A stretch of 64,000 nt of DNA from Polyangiales bacterium. GTDB lineage: Bacteria > Myxococcota_A > Polyangia > Polyangiales > Polyangiaceae. Positions 18,526 through 27,497 of the stretch are shown in pieces (position 1 is the stretch's first letter; each line of letters opens with the position of its first letter). A program made the translations under genes and the position numbers. The DNA lies in contig JBBRLQ010000004.1 in the NCBI GenBank assembly GCA_038231275.1, forward strand, positions 96,001 to 160,000, read 5' to 3'. The notes beneath the pieces were generated by a model. That model was not told the DNA's origin and did no database searches. It worked only from the letters and a program-made list of their open reading frames with translations.

Positions 18526-19590
18526 ATGGATCGGGACGCTAAACCAAGCTTCGCGACGATGGAGGAGAAGCCGGCAGAGACATCGAGGTTGCGTCGAGAC
18601 GTCGAGGGCGCCTTGCGACGCGCGCTCGACCCGTCGGACGTCCTCCCGCTCTTGCATCGCCTCGCGCGGAGCGCGGCGCCGGGGACCGATGAGAGCGTCT
18701 TCGCGCACCGCCACCTCGCAGAGCTGATCGCGGCGCGTCACCCCTGGCGGGCCGCGCTCTACGCGCGTCGCGTGACCGCCGAGCGACCCGACGACGATCG
18801 CGCGTGGGCCGTGCTCGCGCTCTGCCAGACCCTCCTCGCGAACTACCGATACGCGGCGGCGAGCTATCAGCGCGCCCTGTCGTGCGCGCCGAAGAACCCT
18901 TGGTACGCACACAACCTCGGCCACTTGCTCGACGTGGCGCTCGGCCGACCGCAGGAGGCGCTGGGGTGGCTGCGCACCGCGTACGCCGGCGCGCCCAACC
19001 ATGGAGAGATCGCCACCAGCCTCGCGCACGCGCTCGCGCGCGCAGGTCTTCTCGGAGAGGCGAAGAAGGTGCTCGGCCGCGCGATGCGCAAGAGCGCGTC
19101 GAGCGAGCAGCAGGCACTCTGGCGATGGATTGAGCAAGGCGCGCCGGCGGACAAGCGCGCGGCGCGATCCAAGCCCACGATCGTTCCGCTGCCCGGCACC
19201 GAAGACGTAGGGCCGGCGAGCGCTAGCGCTACGCGTCGTCCGAGGCGCGTGAGACCGGCGGCGAAGGACCTCGTCCGTCAGCAGGTGACGGCGCTTCACG
19301 CGGCGCTCGATCGCGGCTTGGAAAATCTCCCGCTCGCGCCGCGTCAACGCGCGCGGGCACGTGCGCTCGCGCGCGACGTCGTGTCGCGCGAAGTGTTCGC
19401 GCGCAGCGGCGCGAGTGAGGACGGTACGCTGCGCACGCAGGCTGTCGCCTCCGCGATCGCCTACGCGATCGTCTGGCTCGACGACGTGCCACTGACGCAA
19501 GCGGAGGTCGCCGCCCCTTTCCGCGTGAGCGTCGCTCGTCTGCGCGGGCGCTTCGCCGAGCTCCGCTCGAAGCTGGGACTCGTCACGTAG
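18526..19590 (+). CDS. TPR protein with a C-terminal TFIIB/cyclin-like HTH domain
   Basis: TPRs (AWAVLALCQTLLANYRYAAASYQRAL; YAHNLGHLL); C-terminus AVASAIAYAIVWLDDVPLTQAEVAAPFRVSVARLRGRFAELRSKL. Confidence 0.8.
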   Translation: MDRDAKPSFATMEEKPAETSRLRRDVEGALRRALDPSDVLPLLHRLARSAAPGTDESVFAHRHLAELIAARHPWRAALYARRVTAERPDDDRAWAVLALCQTLLANYRYAAASYQRALSCAPKNPWYAHNLGHLLDVALGRPQEALGWLRTAYAGAPNHGEIATSLAHALARAGLLGEAKKVLGRAMRKSASSEQQALWRWIEQGAPADKRAARSKPTIVPLPGTEDVGPASASATRRPRRVRPAAKDLVRQQVTALHAALDRGLENLPLAPRQRARARALARDVVSREVFARSGASEDGTLRTQAVASAIAYAIVWLDDVPLTQAEVAAPFRVSVARLRGRFAELRSKLGLVT

Positions 19591-19681
19591 CAGGCTCATC
19601 CCTAGGCGCTCCGAGGAGAAACGCGCCGCTCACGGTAAATTCGGAAATTTGCCTGGCGAGTTGTGCGACAACACGCGGGAC

Positions 19682-21130
19682 ATGCGCGCACGGATTCCGC
19701 TCGTTTTCCTCGCCCTCGCCGCCGGCACCGCCACGGTGATGCTCTGCGCGTCTCCCGCGCTCGCCCAGCCGGCCCCGACGTCGCCCGCGCCGCTCCCCCC
19801 GCCCGGCGCCGAGCCGCCGATCGTCATCCCGCCGCTGCCGGACGTGAACGATCCCATGCTCGCGCCGATGCCACCGGCGACCAAGAACCTCGCAACGCTG
19901 GAAGAGGCGCTCACGTTGGTGAAGGCGCGCTCCACGGATCTACGGGTCGCGTACCTCGAGACCGAGCGCGCGGCCGGGCAGACGCGCGTGGCGCTGGCCG
20001 GGCTCCTCACGACGATCAACGGCAACGTCACGGTGACGAAGAACCTGATCACGCGGACGGCCACGCAGCCCGCGCTCGTCGGCGGTGGCCTCGGCACCGT
20101 CAGCGTGACCACGCCGACATCGGATCCATTCCTGACGGGCGGGGTCACCGTCATCCAGCCGATCGTCAATCTCCGCAACTATCACAACTGGAAGACGGCG
20201 CAGGAGTTCGAGAAGGTCCAGAAGCTTAGCCTCGAGGACGTGCAGCGCAACTTGGCCCTCAACCTCGCGAACGCGCTCGTCGGCGTCGTCACCGCGGAGC
20301 GCGTCGCCGAGCTCAATCGCGCGAGCTTTCGCACGACCCTCGAGCGTCTCGATCTCACGAGGCGGCGCCGTACGCTCGGCGCGGCGACCGGCCTCGACGT
20401 CGCGCGCGCGCAGCTCGACGTCGAGACGGCGCGCGCCAGCATCGTCACGGGCGACGAGTCGCTGCGCCAGTCGCGCGAGGCGCTGGGCTTGGCGGTCGGC
20501 ATGCCGCAACAGGTCGGCGTCTCAAAGCAGCTCGACATCAACGGCCTCGAGCACGCCGCGCTGACGTCGTGCCGCGTCGCGCCGAGCCTCGAGGCGCGCG
20601 CCGACATCGCCGCCGCACGCCAGCGCGTCATCGTCGCCGCCCGCAACCACGACAACGTGAAGCTCCAGTTCTTGCCGACGCTCAACGCCGTAAGCGGCCT
20701 CAACACCACGACGCTCGACACCGGGAGCGCCTACCCCACCACCTGGAACATCCAGGCCGTCCTCGCCGTGCCGCTGTGGGAAGGCGGCGCGCGGTATGGC
20801 CTCCTCCGAGATACCGAGGCGCAGACGCGCGAGGCGGAGATGAGCCTCGAGTCGCTCCGCAGGAACGCGACCGTGCAGCTCGAACAAGCCAAGCGTGGCG
20901 TCTCCGTGGCCGATGCGTCGCTCAAGGTCGCCACCGACCACCGCGCCCTCGCGGCCGAGACCGACAGGCTCGTGCGCGCCGGTTATGCGGAGGGTCAGTT
21001 CACCAGCCTCGACTTGGTGACCGCCGCCGCGACGCTCCGCAACGCCGACATCGATCTCGCGCTGAAGGAGTTCGGGCTGGTGCAGGCGCGCATCTTGGCG
21101 ATCCTCTCGCTCGCGACTTGTCCCTTCTGA
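19682..21130 (+). CDS. TolC-family outer membrane efflux protein
   Basis: Signal peptide, TLEEALTL, ATGLDVARAQ, VPLWEGG, YAEGQFTSLDLVTA. Confidence 0.88.
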   Translation: MRARIPLVFLALAAGTATVMLCASPALAQPAPTSPAPLPPPGAEPPIVIPPLPDVNDPMLAPMPPATKNLATLEEALTLVKARSTDLRVAYLETERAAGQTRVALAGLLTTINGNVTVTKNLITRTATQPALVGGGLGTVSVTTPTSDPFLTGGVTVIQPIVNLRNYHNWKTAQEFEKVQKLSLEDVQRNLALNLANALVGVVTAERVAELNRASFRTTLERLDLTRRRRTLGAATGLDVARAQLDVETARASIVTGDESLRQSREALGLAVGMPQQVGVSKQLDINGLEHAALTSCRVAPSLEARADIAAARQRVIVAARNHDNVKLQFLPTLNAVSGLNTTTLDTGSAYPTTWNIQAVLAVPLWEGGARYGLLRDTEAQTREAEMSLESLRRNATVQLEQAKRGVSVADASLKVATDHRALAAETDRLVRAGYAEGQFTSLDLVTAAATLRNADIDLALKEFGLVQARILAILSLATCPF

Positions 21131-21195
21131 GCGGCCCTTGAAGCGAACATCGTCTTCACGGAAGGGGCAGACGACGGTAGCGACACACCAGCGGT

Positions 21196-22671
21196 CTACG
21201 TACCCGTCGGCGCCGCCGAGTCCCATCCGCTGACGCGCGCGAGGTCCGACAGGGCCACGTTGTACTCCATGAGCGCGTACATGTGCTGGACGCGCGCGTT
21301 GATGTAGATGCGAAGGGGCTCGTTGAGGGAGTTCTCGTTCTTCGTGCCGAGATCGATCGCGTCTTGCACCGTGCTGATCCATTGCTTGGAGCGGTGCTCC
21401 GCGCGCATCCACGACTCCTCGCGATTCTTCGTCTCGAGGACGACGGCGTACGCGTTCTCGACCTCGACGCCGATGCCGCCGAGCGCGTAGCGGAGCGTCG
21501 CCCGCGACTCCTCGAGATCGGCCTCGGTGCGTGCGACACGCGCGGCGTTCGGCAAGATGTCGAGGCTCCACCGCGCGCCGAACGCGCCGCCAAGGTAGAA
21601 GTGGTTCGGGTTGCCGAGGAGGGCGGTCGACTGGGTCGTGATGCTCGGATAGACGCCGTAGCTCGCGCCGAGGCCAATGCCGATGTCCGGAAAATACCGG
21701 GCGCGCTGGAGATCGACGAGCGCCTCTCGCGCGACGACCGCGGCGCGCGCCTGCGCAACCTCCGGCCGGAAGAGGCGCGCGGCCGAGAGGTAACGTACGA
21801 CCGGCGCGAGCGGCACGTCGGGGCGCTTGAGCGGCTCGTCGGGGATGTCGAACGACGACTGCACGCCGGTGAAGAAGCGGAGCGCCGCCAGCGCATACGT
21901 CTCGCCTCGCCTCGCCTCGCCCGCGCGGGCCGTGACCTCGTCGCGGTAGATGAGGAGGCGCAGCTTGTCGATCTCGTCGAGGCCGCCGTCGCCCTTCTCG
22001 ATCTTTGCGGCAATGCCCTCGATGGCCTTGCCGAGGCGCGCCAGCGCGTCGTCGATCACGTACTTGGCGTCGCGCGCGAGCTGGAGGCCGAAGAACGCGC
22101 GGCGCACGTCCATGCGCGCAACGTTCCGCCACTTCTCGATGTCCCACTCGCTGACGCGGACCTGCGCCTCCGCGGCGCGGCGGCCGGCGTCGATCTTGCC
22201 GAACGTGTAGAGCGGGATGACGCCGTTGATGTCGACGGTCGTGAAGGGCTGCCACCCGGGACCGAAGCCGGCGTTCAGGATCGTGTTGACGTTCTGCGAC
22301 GTGTAGACGGGCGTGCCGGCAACCGGTGGCGCGATGCCGGTCGTCGCGCCGGCGTTCCACTGCCAGAACGGGAGCCACTTCGCCTCGTCGAGCTGAGCGT
22401 GCGCGCTCGAGAGGCGCGCGCGCGACGCCCACAAATTGGGGTGGTTGCGATCGGTGAGCGCAAGGCACTCGGCCAGCGTGTAGGTCCGCGGCTTGATCGT
22501 GACGATCGGCGCCTGGTAGGTGCCGAGGCCGCCGTCGTCGCCCTTCTTGCTGTCGTCGGCCTTCTTCGTGTCGTCGTCGTCGAGGTCGAACGGCCCCGCG
22601 AACGCCGCCGGCGCGACTGCGCAAATGACGGACCCGACGAGAATCGACGTAAGGAACTTCCAAGTGCGCAT
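21196..22671 (-). CDS. TolC-family outer membrane protein
   Basis: TLAECLALTDRNHPNL, IPLYTFGKI, RPEVAQARA, YNVALSDLARVSG. Confidence 0.85.
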   Translation of the reverse strand: MRTWKFLTSILVGSVICAVAPAAFAGPFDLDDDDTKKADDSKKGDDGGLGTYQAPIVTIKPRTYTLAECLALTDRNHPNLWASRARLSSAHAQLDEAKWLPFWQWNAGATTGIAPPVAGTPVYTSQNVNTILNAGFGPGWQPFTTVDINGVIPLYTFGKIDAGRRAAEAQVRVSEWDIEKWRNVARMDVRRAFFGLQLARDAKYVIDDALARLGKAIEGIAAKIEKGDGGLDEIDKLRLLIYRDEVTARAGEARRGETYALAALRFFTGVQSSFDIPDEPLKRPDVPLAPVVRYLSAARLFRPEVAQARAAVVAREALVDLQRARYFPDIGIGLGASYGVYPSITTQSTALLGNPNHFYLGGAFGARWSLDILPNAARVARTEADLEESRATLRYALGGIGVEVENAYAVVLETKNREESWMRAEHRSKQWISTVQDAIDLGTKNENSLNEPLRIYINARVQHMYALMEYNVALSDLARVSGWDSAAPTGT

Positions 22672-22727
22672 GGCGCCGGGGGGACGTTAGAGCAGAAGTC
22701 GCTCGAACGGAACGGGCAAACGACGTG

Positions 22728-23768
22728 TCAGGTCCCCTCGCCGCCCATGGGATCCTTCATCGCGCCGGGGGTGTAGATGAAGCCCTTCTGCTGGAACACG
22801 CACAGCCGCCCGCCGCCGTCGCGCTTTGCCTGGAGCAGCGCCGTGTCGGCGGCTTTGAGGAGCGCGTCCTTCGTGCGCACGTCGCGGCTCGGGAAGAGCG
22901 CGACGCCGAGCGACACGCTGACGCGCGCGGGACCGCCCGGAAGCTCCCATGCGCGGGCGCCGACGTCCTTCCAGATGCGCTCGGCGACCGACAGCGAGCC
23001 CGCGAAGTGCGTGGCCGGCAAGAGAACGAGGAACTCGTCGCCGCCGTAGCGCGTGACGACGTCGCTCTCGCGCACGCTCTTGCGGATGACGTCGGCGACG
23101 CCGCGAAGCACCGCGTCGCCGAACGCGCGGCCGCCGCGATCGTTGCTCGCCTTCAGCCGGTCGATGTCGAGGACGCAACACGAGAGCGGCTCGTGCTGGC
23201 GCTCGGCCTTCTTGAACTCGTCGGCGAGGCGCGTGTGCAGGTAGCGGTAGTTGTAGAGTCCGGTGAGCTCGTCGTGGACGCTGACGCGCTCGAGCGTCGC
23301 GCGCGCGGACTGCATCTCGTCGTGCAGGCGCTTGATGCGGAGCATCCCGTCGACACGCGCGAGGACCTCGGCCTCCTCGAAGGGCTTGCAGACGTAGTCG
23401 TCGGCGCCGCACTTGAGACCCTCGACGCGGCTCGCCGGATCGGTGCGCACGGTGGCGAGGATGACGGGGACGAACGACTTGTCGGCCATCCCCTTGAGGA
23501 TGCGGCACGCCTCGATGCCGTTGACCCTCGGCATGGTCGCGTCGACGAGGACGAGATCGACGCCACCCTTCGCGACCCGGTCGACTGCCTCTTGTCCGTC
23601 CGCGACGGTGTCGACGTCGTACCCCGCCGCCCGCAGCATCTCGCCGAGGCGCTCGCGGGTGACGTCGTCATCGTCGGCGACCACGAGGCGCGGCCGGCGC
23701 GGGGGCGCGGGCGAAGGGATGCGCCCGACGAGGTCCCGTGTGGAGTCGCGCGGCGGCCGCAGAGGCAT
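22728..23768 (-). CDS. REC-GGDEF diguanylate cyclase response regulator
   Basis: REC motifs VADDDD, LVDATMP, YVCKPF; DELTGLYN; I-site RESD; intact GGDEF. Start uncertain. Confidence 0.93.
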   Translation of the reverse strand: MPLRPPRDSTRDLVGRIPSPAPPRRPRLVVADDDDVTRERLGEMLRAAGYDVDTVADGQEAVDRVAKGGVDLVLVDATMPRVNGIEACRILKGMADKSFVPVILATVRTDPASRVEGLKCGADDYVCKPFEEAEVLARVDGMLRIKRLHDEMQSARATLERVSVHDELTGLYNYRYLHTRLADEFKKAERQHEPLSCCVLDIDRLKASNDRGGRAFGDAVLRGVADVIRKSVRESDVVTRYGGDEFLVLLPATHFAGSLSVAERIWKDVGARAWELPGGPARVSVSLGVALFPSRDVRTKDALLKAADTALLQAKRDGGGRLCVFQQKGFIYTPGAMKDPMGGEGT

Positions 23769-23862
23769 CCGCTGCAAGATGCAGCCTTTGCCTCAAAGGG
23801 GCAACTTCGACTTGGTGTTTGCCGCACTTGTGCGAGGGCGCGAAGCGGAGCCACAATGCGCC

Positions 23863-26151
23863 GTGGGGCGCAAACCGGACCTGTTCGCGGACCGCTACGA
23901 GGTCCTGGATCTCGTGGCCGTGGCGCCCACGGCGGCGGTCTACCGAGCGAACGATCGCCTCCTCGGACACGCGGTGACCCTCAAGATCCTGCGCAAAGAT
24001 CTCGCGGGCGCGGCGCTGGCGGTGAGCCGGTTTCGACACGACGCGCTCCTCGCGCGGCGAATCGCACACCCCAACGTCGCGCGCGTCCTCGACGTCGGAG
24101 AGCATGGCGGCGCGCACTACGTCGTCCGCGAGCTGGTCGCAGGCGAGTCGCTCGACGTCCTCCTCGAGGCGAAGTCCTCCCTGCCCCAAGACCGCGCGGC
24201 GCGGATCGCCCTGCAGCTCGCGCGCGCGCTCGCAGCGGCGCATGAACGAGGGATCGCGCACTGCGATCTCGTCCCGGAGAACATCGTGGTCGATTCGCGG
24301 GGCGGTGTCGTGTTGACCGACTTCGGCGCCGCGCGCGACCGCGCAGGATCGGCGCCCGAGCTACGAGAGGGGCACGCGGCGACCGAGCGCGCGGATCTGT
24401 ACACGCTCGGCACGCTCCTCTACCAGATGCTCACCGGCGCGCCCCCGTGGGGGCGGCGCGGCGGCGTCGCCAGTGGTGCGGCTCGCCACTCCGTCGTTCC
24501 GACGCGGCCGCACGACTTCGATCCGAAGATCGGCGTCGAGCTGTCGACCCTCGTCATGATGCTGCTCGAGCGCGAGCCGTCAAAGCGCCCCGAGAGCGCG
24601 CGGGCGGTCGAGGCGACGTTGACGCGAATCGCGCCAGCGGCCGCCGCACCATCGAAGCCGCCGACTCCCCCGGCCCCTGTTCCCAAACCAGCCCCGACGT
24701 CGGCGCGGACGCCATCCTCTCGCCGCGAGCCGACGAGCGCGCGCCCGCGCCGTCCTCGCGCGGTCGCCGTGATCGTCGCCGACGATGGCGTTGGAAAGCG
24801 CCGGTTCGTTGGCGACGCCCTCGCGTCGGCGATCGTCGACCGTATGTCGGCGATTTCGTCCATCCGCGTCCTCACTCCCTCCGCCGACGCGGACGAGCGC
24901 GGAGAAGAGGATCCGCGGCTCGCGGCGCTCCGGATGGGCGCCGACGTGGTCCTCAGCGGGTCGCTCCATCTCCGCGCGAGCGAGGACGCTCGGTTCTCGG
25001 TCGATCTGCTCTCCGTCGAGAGCGGTGAGCTCCTCTGGCACGCCGAGATCGTGCGCTCGCTCAAGGAGCTCTTCAAGATCGCGGACGAGGTGGTCACCGG
25101 CGCGGCCCACGCGCTCGATCGGCAGGCGGCGCCGCCGCGGTCGGGCGTTCCGGAGCCGGACCCGAGCGACGTCGACCCCTACCTGCGCGCGCGCGGACGA
25201 CTCGCCGAGTACACGAAGGAGGCTTCCGACGACGCCGAGCGAGGCCTCGCCGCGGCCTTCCTCCGCGCTCCGAACGATCCCGCACTGGCATGCTGGCTCG
25301 CGCTTGCGAAGCTTCAGCGATGGGCGTTCGATCCTGCACTTGGACAAGGCGACGAAGCGGCGCCGGTGGTGGCCGAGCGAATCGCGCTGGAGGTGCTGAA
25401 GCGTTCTCCCGCGGCGGCCGAGGCCCACTTGGTCCTCGCGACGCTCGCCGATGCGCGAGGCGATGCGGCGAGCGCGATGCGCCACGCGCGCGCGTCGGTC
25501 CGATCGTCGCCGACCTTGGCCGACGCGCACGCGCTGATCGGGCGCCTGCGGGTGGAGGCGAACGACGTCATCGCCGGCGAGAGGGACCTGGAGGTGGCGC
25601 TCGGGTTGAGCACGCACGTCGTCACGCTGCTCGCGCTCGCGCGCACGCGCGGACTGCTCCAGGATTTCGAGCGCGCCGCGGAGTCGCTCTACCTCGTCGA
25701 CGCGAAGGTGCCGGGGCACCTCGGGGCGGCGCTCGTCCGGATGGAGGCCGCGGCGTGGAGCCTCGATCCGGCAACTGCGGCGCGGGCCCGTGCGCGCGCG
25801 CTGGAGGTCACGGCCACCTGCACCGGCACGCTGGTGCACGCCATCCGCGCGCGCGCGGGCCTCGACGTCGATCGGGAGCTCGGCGCGCTCACCGCCGTGT
25901 GCGCGACGCCCGGGTGCACGGCGCGCAGCCGCGCATGGCTGCTTCAGTGCATCTGCGAGGTGCGCGCGGCGGCCGGAGATCCGGCGGGCGCAATCAGCGC
26001 GCTCCGCGACCTCGACGAGGCCGGGTCGATCGACGCGTTGTGGCTTGAGAGCTGCCCTGCCCTCGCGCCGCTGCGCGCGCTGAGCGGGTTCTCCACCGCG
26101 CGCGCGGCGATCCTGGCGCGGGCCGATCTCGCGCTCGACGCGCCGGCGTGA
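23863..26151 (+). CDS. Degenerate Ser/Thr kinase-like domain + TolB-N-like domain + TPRs
   Basis: DRYEVL, VTLKIL, HPNVARVLDVG, HCDLVPEN, DFG, ADLYTLG, followed by TPRs. Start uncertain (GTG 23863 or ATG 23779). Confidence 0.8.
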   Translation: MGRKPDLFADRYEVLDLVAVAPTAAVYRANDRLLGHAVTLKILRKDLAGAALAVSRFRHDALLARRIAHPNVARVLDVGEHGGAHYVVRELVAGESLDVLLEAKSSLPQDRAARIALQLARALAAAHERGIAHCDLVPENIVVDSRGGVVLTDFGAARDRAGSAPELREGHAATERADLYTLGTLLYQMLTGAPPWGRRGGVASGAARHSVVPTRPHDFDPKIGVELSTLVMMLLEREPSKRPESARAVEATLTRIAPAAAAPSKPPTPPAPVPKPAPTSARTPSSRREPTSARPRRPRAVAVIVADDGVGKRRFVGDALASAIVDRMSAISSIRVLTPSADADERGEEDPRLAALRMGADVVLSGSLHLRASEDARFSVDLLSVESGELLWHAEIVRSLKELFKIADEVVTGAAHALDRQAAPPRSGVPEPDPSDVDPYLRARGRLAEYTKEASDDAERGLAAAFLRAPNDPALACWLALAKLQRWAFDPALGQGDEAAPVVAERIALEVLKRSPAAAEAHLVLATLADARGDAASAMRHARASVRSSPTLADAHALIGRLRVEANDVIAGERDLEVALGLSTHVVTLLALARTRGLLQDFERAAESLYLVDAKVPGHLGAALVRMEAAAWSLDPATAARARARALEVTATCTGTLVHAIRARAGLDVDRELGALTAVCATPGCTARSRAWLLQCICEVRAAAGDPAGAISALRDLDEAGSIDALWLESCPALAPLRALSGFSTARAAILARADLALDAPA

Positions 26152-26172
26152 CGACGACGACGTGATGCGTGC

Positions 26173-27276
26173 TCAGGCGATGCCGGCGAGCGCGAGGATT
26201 TTACGCGCGAGCGTCGAGAGTCCGATTTTACCGAGCTGGTCCGCGCGCGCGAGCCTCCGGTCGTCGTAGTCGTCCGCGCGGGCGCGCGCGGAGGGCGCGC
26301 GCGAGAGGTGTGCGGCGAAGACGCGCACGTCGAGGCGGCGATGCGACAAGACGTGGGCGACGCGACCGATCTCGCGCACGCCCGCGAGCGGCGCGCCTGC
26401 GAGCGCCGAGAGGGGCGCGGGATCGACGCCCTCCGCACCCGGCGGCTCCCACAGTCCGCCGAAGCGCAGGTCCGGCTTGCGGCGGGCGAGCAGCACCGTC
26501 TCGCCGCGCGTTGCCACGACCGCGACCCGGGCTTCCTCCTTCGGCTTGGGCTTGGGCCGCAGGCGTGGAAGCTCCCCTTCGATCCCGCGCTCGTGCGCAT
26601 CGCACGATTCGCGAACCGGACACGCCACGCAGCGCGCCGCGCGCGGCGTGCACACCGTCGCGCCGAGCTCCATGAGCGCCTGATTCCACTCGCCGGGGGC
26701 GCGCGCGTCGACCAGCGCCGCGGCGAGCGCCCAGATGCGCGCGAGCCCGGGCCCGCCACGCAGGTCCTCTTCCACCGCGAAGAGCCGCGCGAGGACGCGG
26801 GCGACGTTCCCGTCGACGAGCGGCGAAGCCCGACCGAACGCGATGCTCGCGACGGCGCCGGCGGTGTACGGCCCGATGCCGGGGATCGTCTGCAACGCCT
26901 CCGCGTCGTCCGGGAAGACGCCCGCGCGCTCACGCGCCACGTGCTGCGCGCCTTGATGGAGCATGCGCGCGCGACGGTAGTACCCGAGGCCGCTCCACAG
27001 TGCGAGCACGTCGCCCTCGGGCGCCTCCGCCAGGGCGTGCACTGTCGGGTACGCGCGGAGAAATCGCGCGTAGTACGGCATGACGGTCTCCACGCGCGTC
27101 TGCTGCAGCATCACCTCGCTCAGCCACACCGCGTAGGGATCGCGAGTCCGGCGCCAGGGCAAATCGCGCTTGCTGGCGGCGTACCAGGCCCCGAGGTCCG
27201 CGTGTAGGCGAGCCCGTCGCCGCGGGTCGACCGCCCCTTGCGCGACGGCCGCGGCGTGCGCACCTTTCTTCTTCAT
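26173..27276 (-). CDS. mutY: A/G-specific adenine glycosylase
   Basis: RDLPWR, SEVMLQQT, GLGYYRRAR, HhH PGIGPYTA, VDGNV, Fe-S motif Cx6Cx2Cx5C, NUDIX-like tail. Confidence 0.96.
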   Translation of the reverse strand: MKKKGAHAAAVAQGAVDPRRRARLHADLGAWYAASKRDLPWRRTRDPYAVWLSEVMLQQTRVETVMPYYARFLRAYPTVHALAEAPEGDVLALWSGLGYYRRARMLHQGAQHVARERAGVFPDDAEALQTIPGIGPYTAGAVASIAFGRASPLVDGNVARVLARLFAVEEDLRGGPGLARIWALAAALVDARAPGEWNQALMELGATVCTPRAARCVACPVRESCDAHERGIEGELPRLRPKPKPKEEARVAVVATRGETVLLARRKPDLRFGGLWEPPGAEGVDPAPLSALAGAPLAGVREIGRVAHVLSHRRLDVRVFAAHLSRAPSARARADDYDDRRLARADQLGKIGLSTLARKILALAGIA

Positions 27277-27490
27277 GACGCGTTCCTCGCTCCCGAGCCC
27301 CGGCGTCGCCGCCGTCCTGTCGTTGATCGTCCCCGGCGTGGGGCAGTTCTACAACGGAACGTTCTTGCGCGGGGTCTTCTGGCTCATCGTCACGCCAGGC
27401 CTGTGGATCGGTAGCGGCGGGACCCTCGGCTGGATCTGCCACGTCATCGCCGCGTTCACGGCCTACCGGTACGCCGCGTCTCGGACCTGA
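27275..27490 (+). CDS. Small membrane protein (TM2-like motif)
   Basis: AAVLSLIVPGVGQFYNG motif followed by hydrophobic segments; 71 aa. Confidence 0.7.
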   Translation: MTRSSLPSPGVAAVLSLIVPGVGQFYNGTFLRGVFWLIVTPGLWIGSGGTLGWICHVIAAFTAYRYAASRT

Positions 27491-27497
27491 CGAGAGC

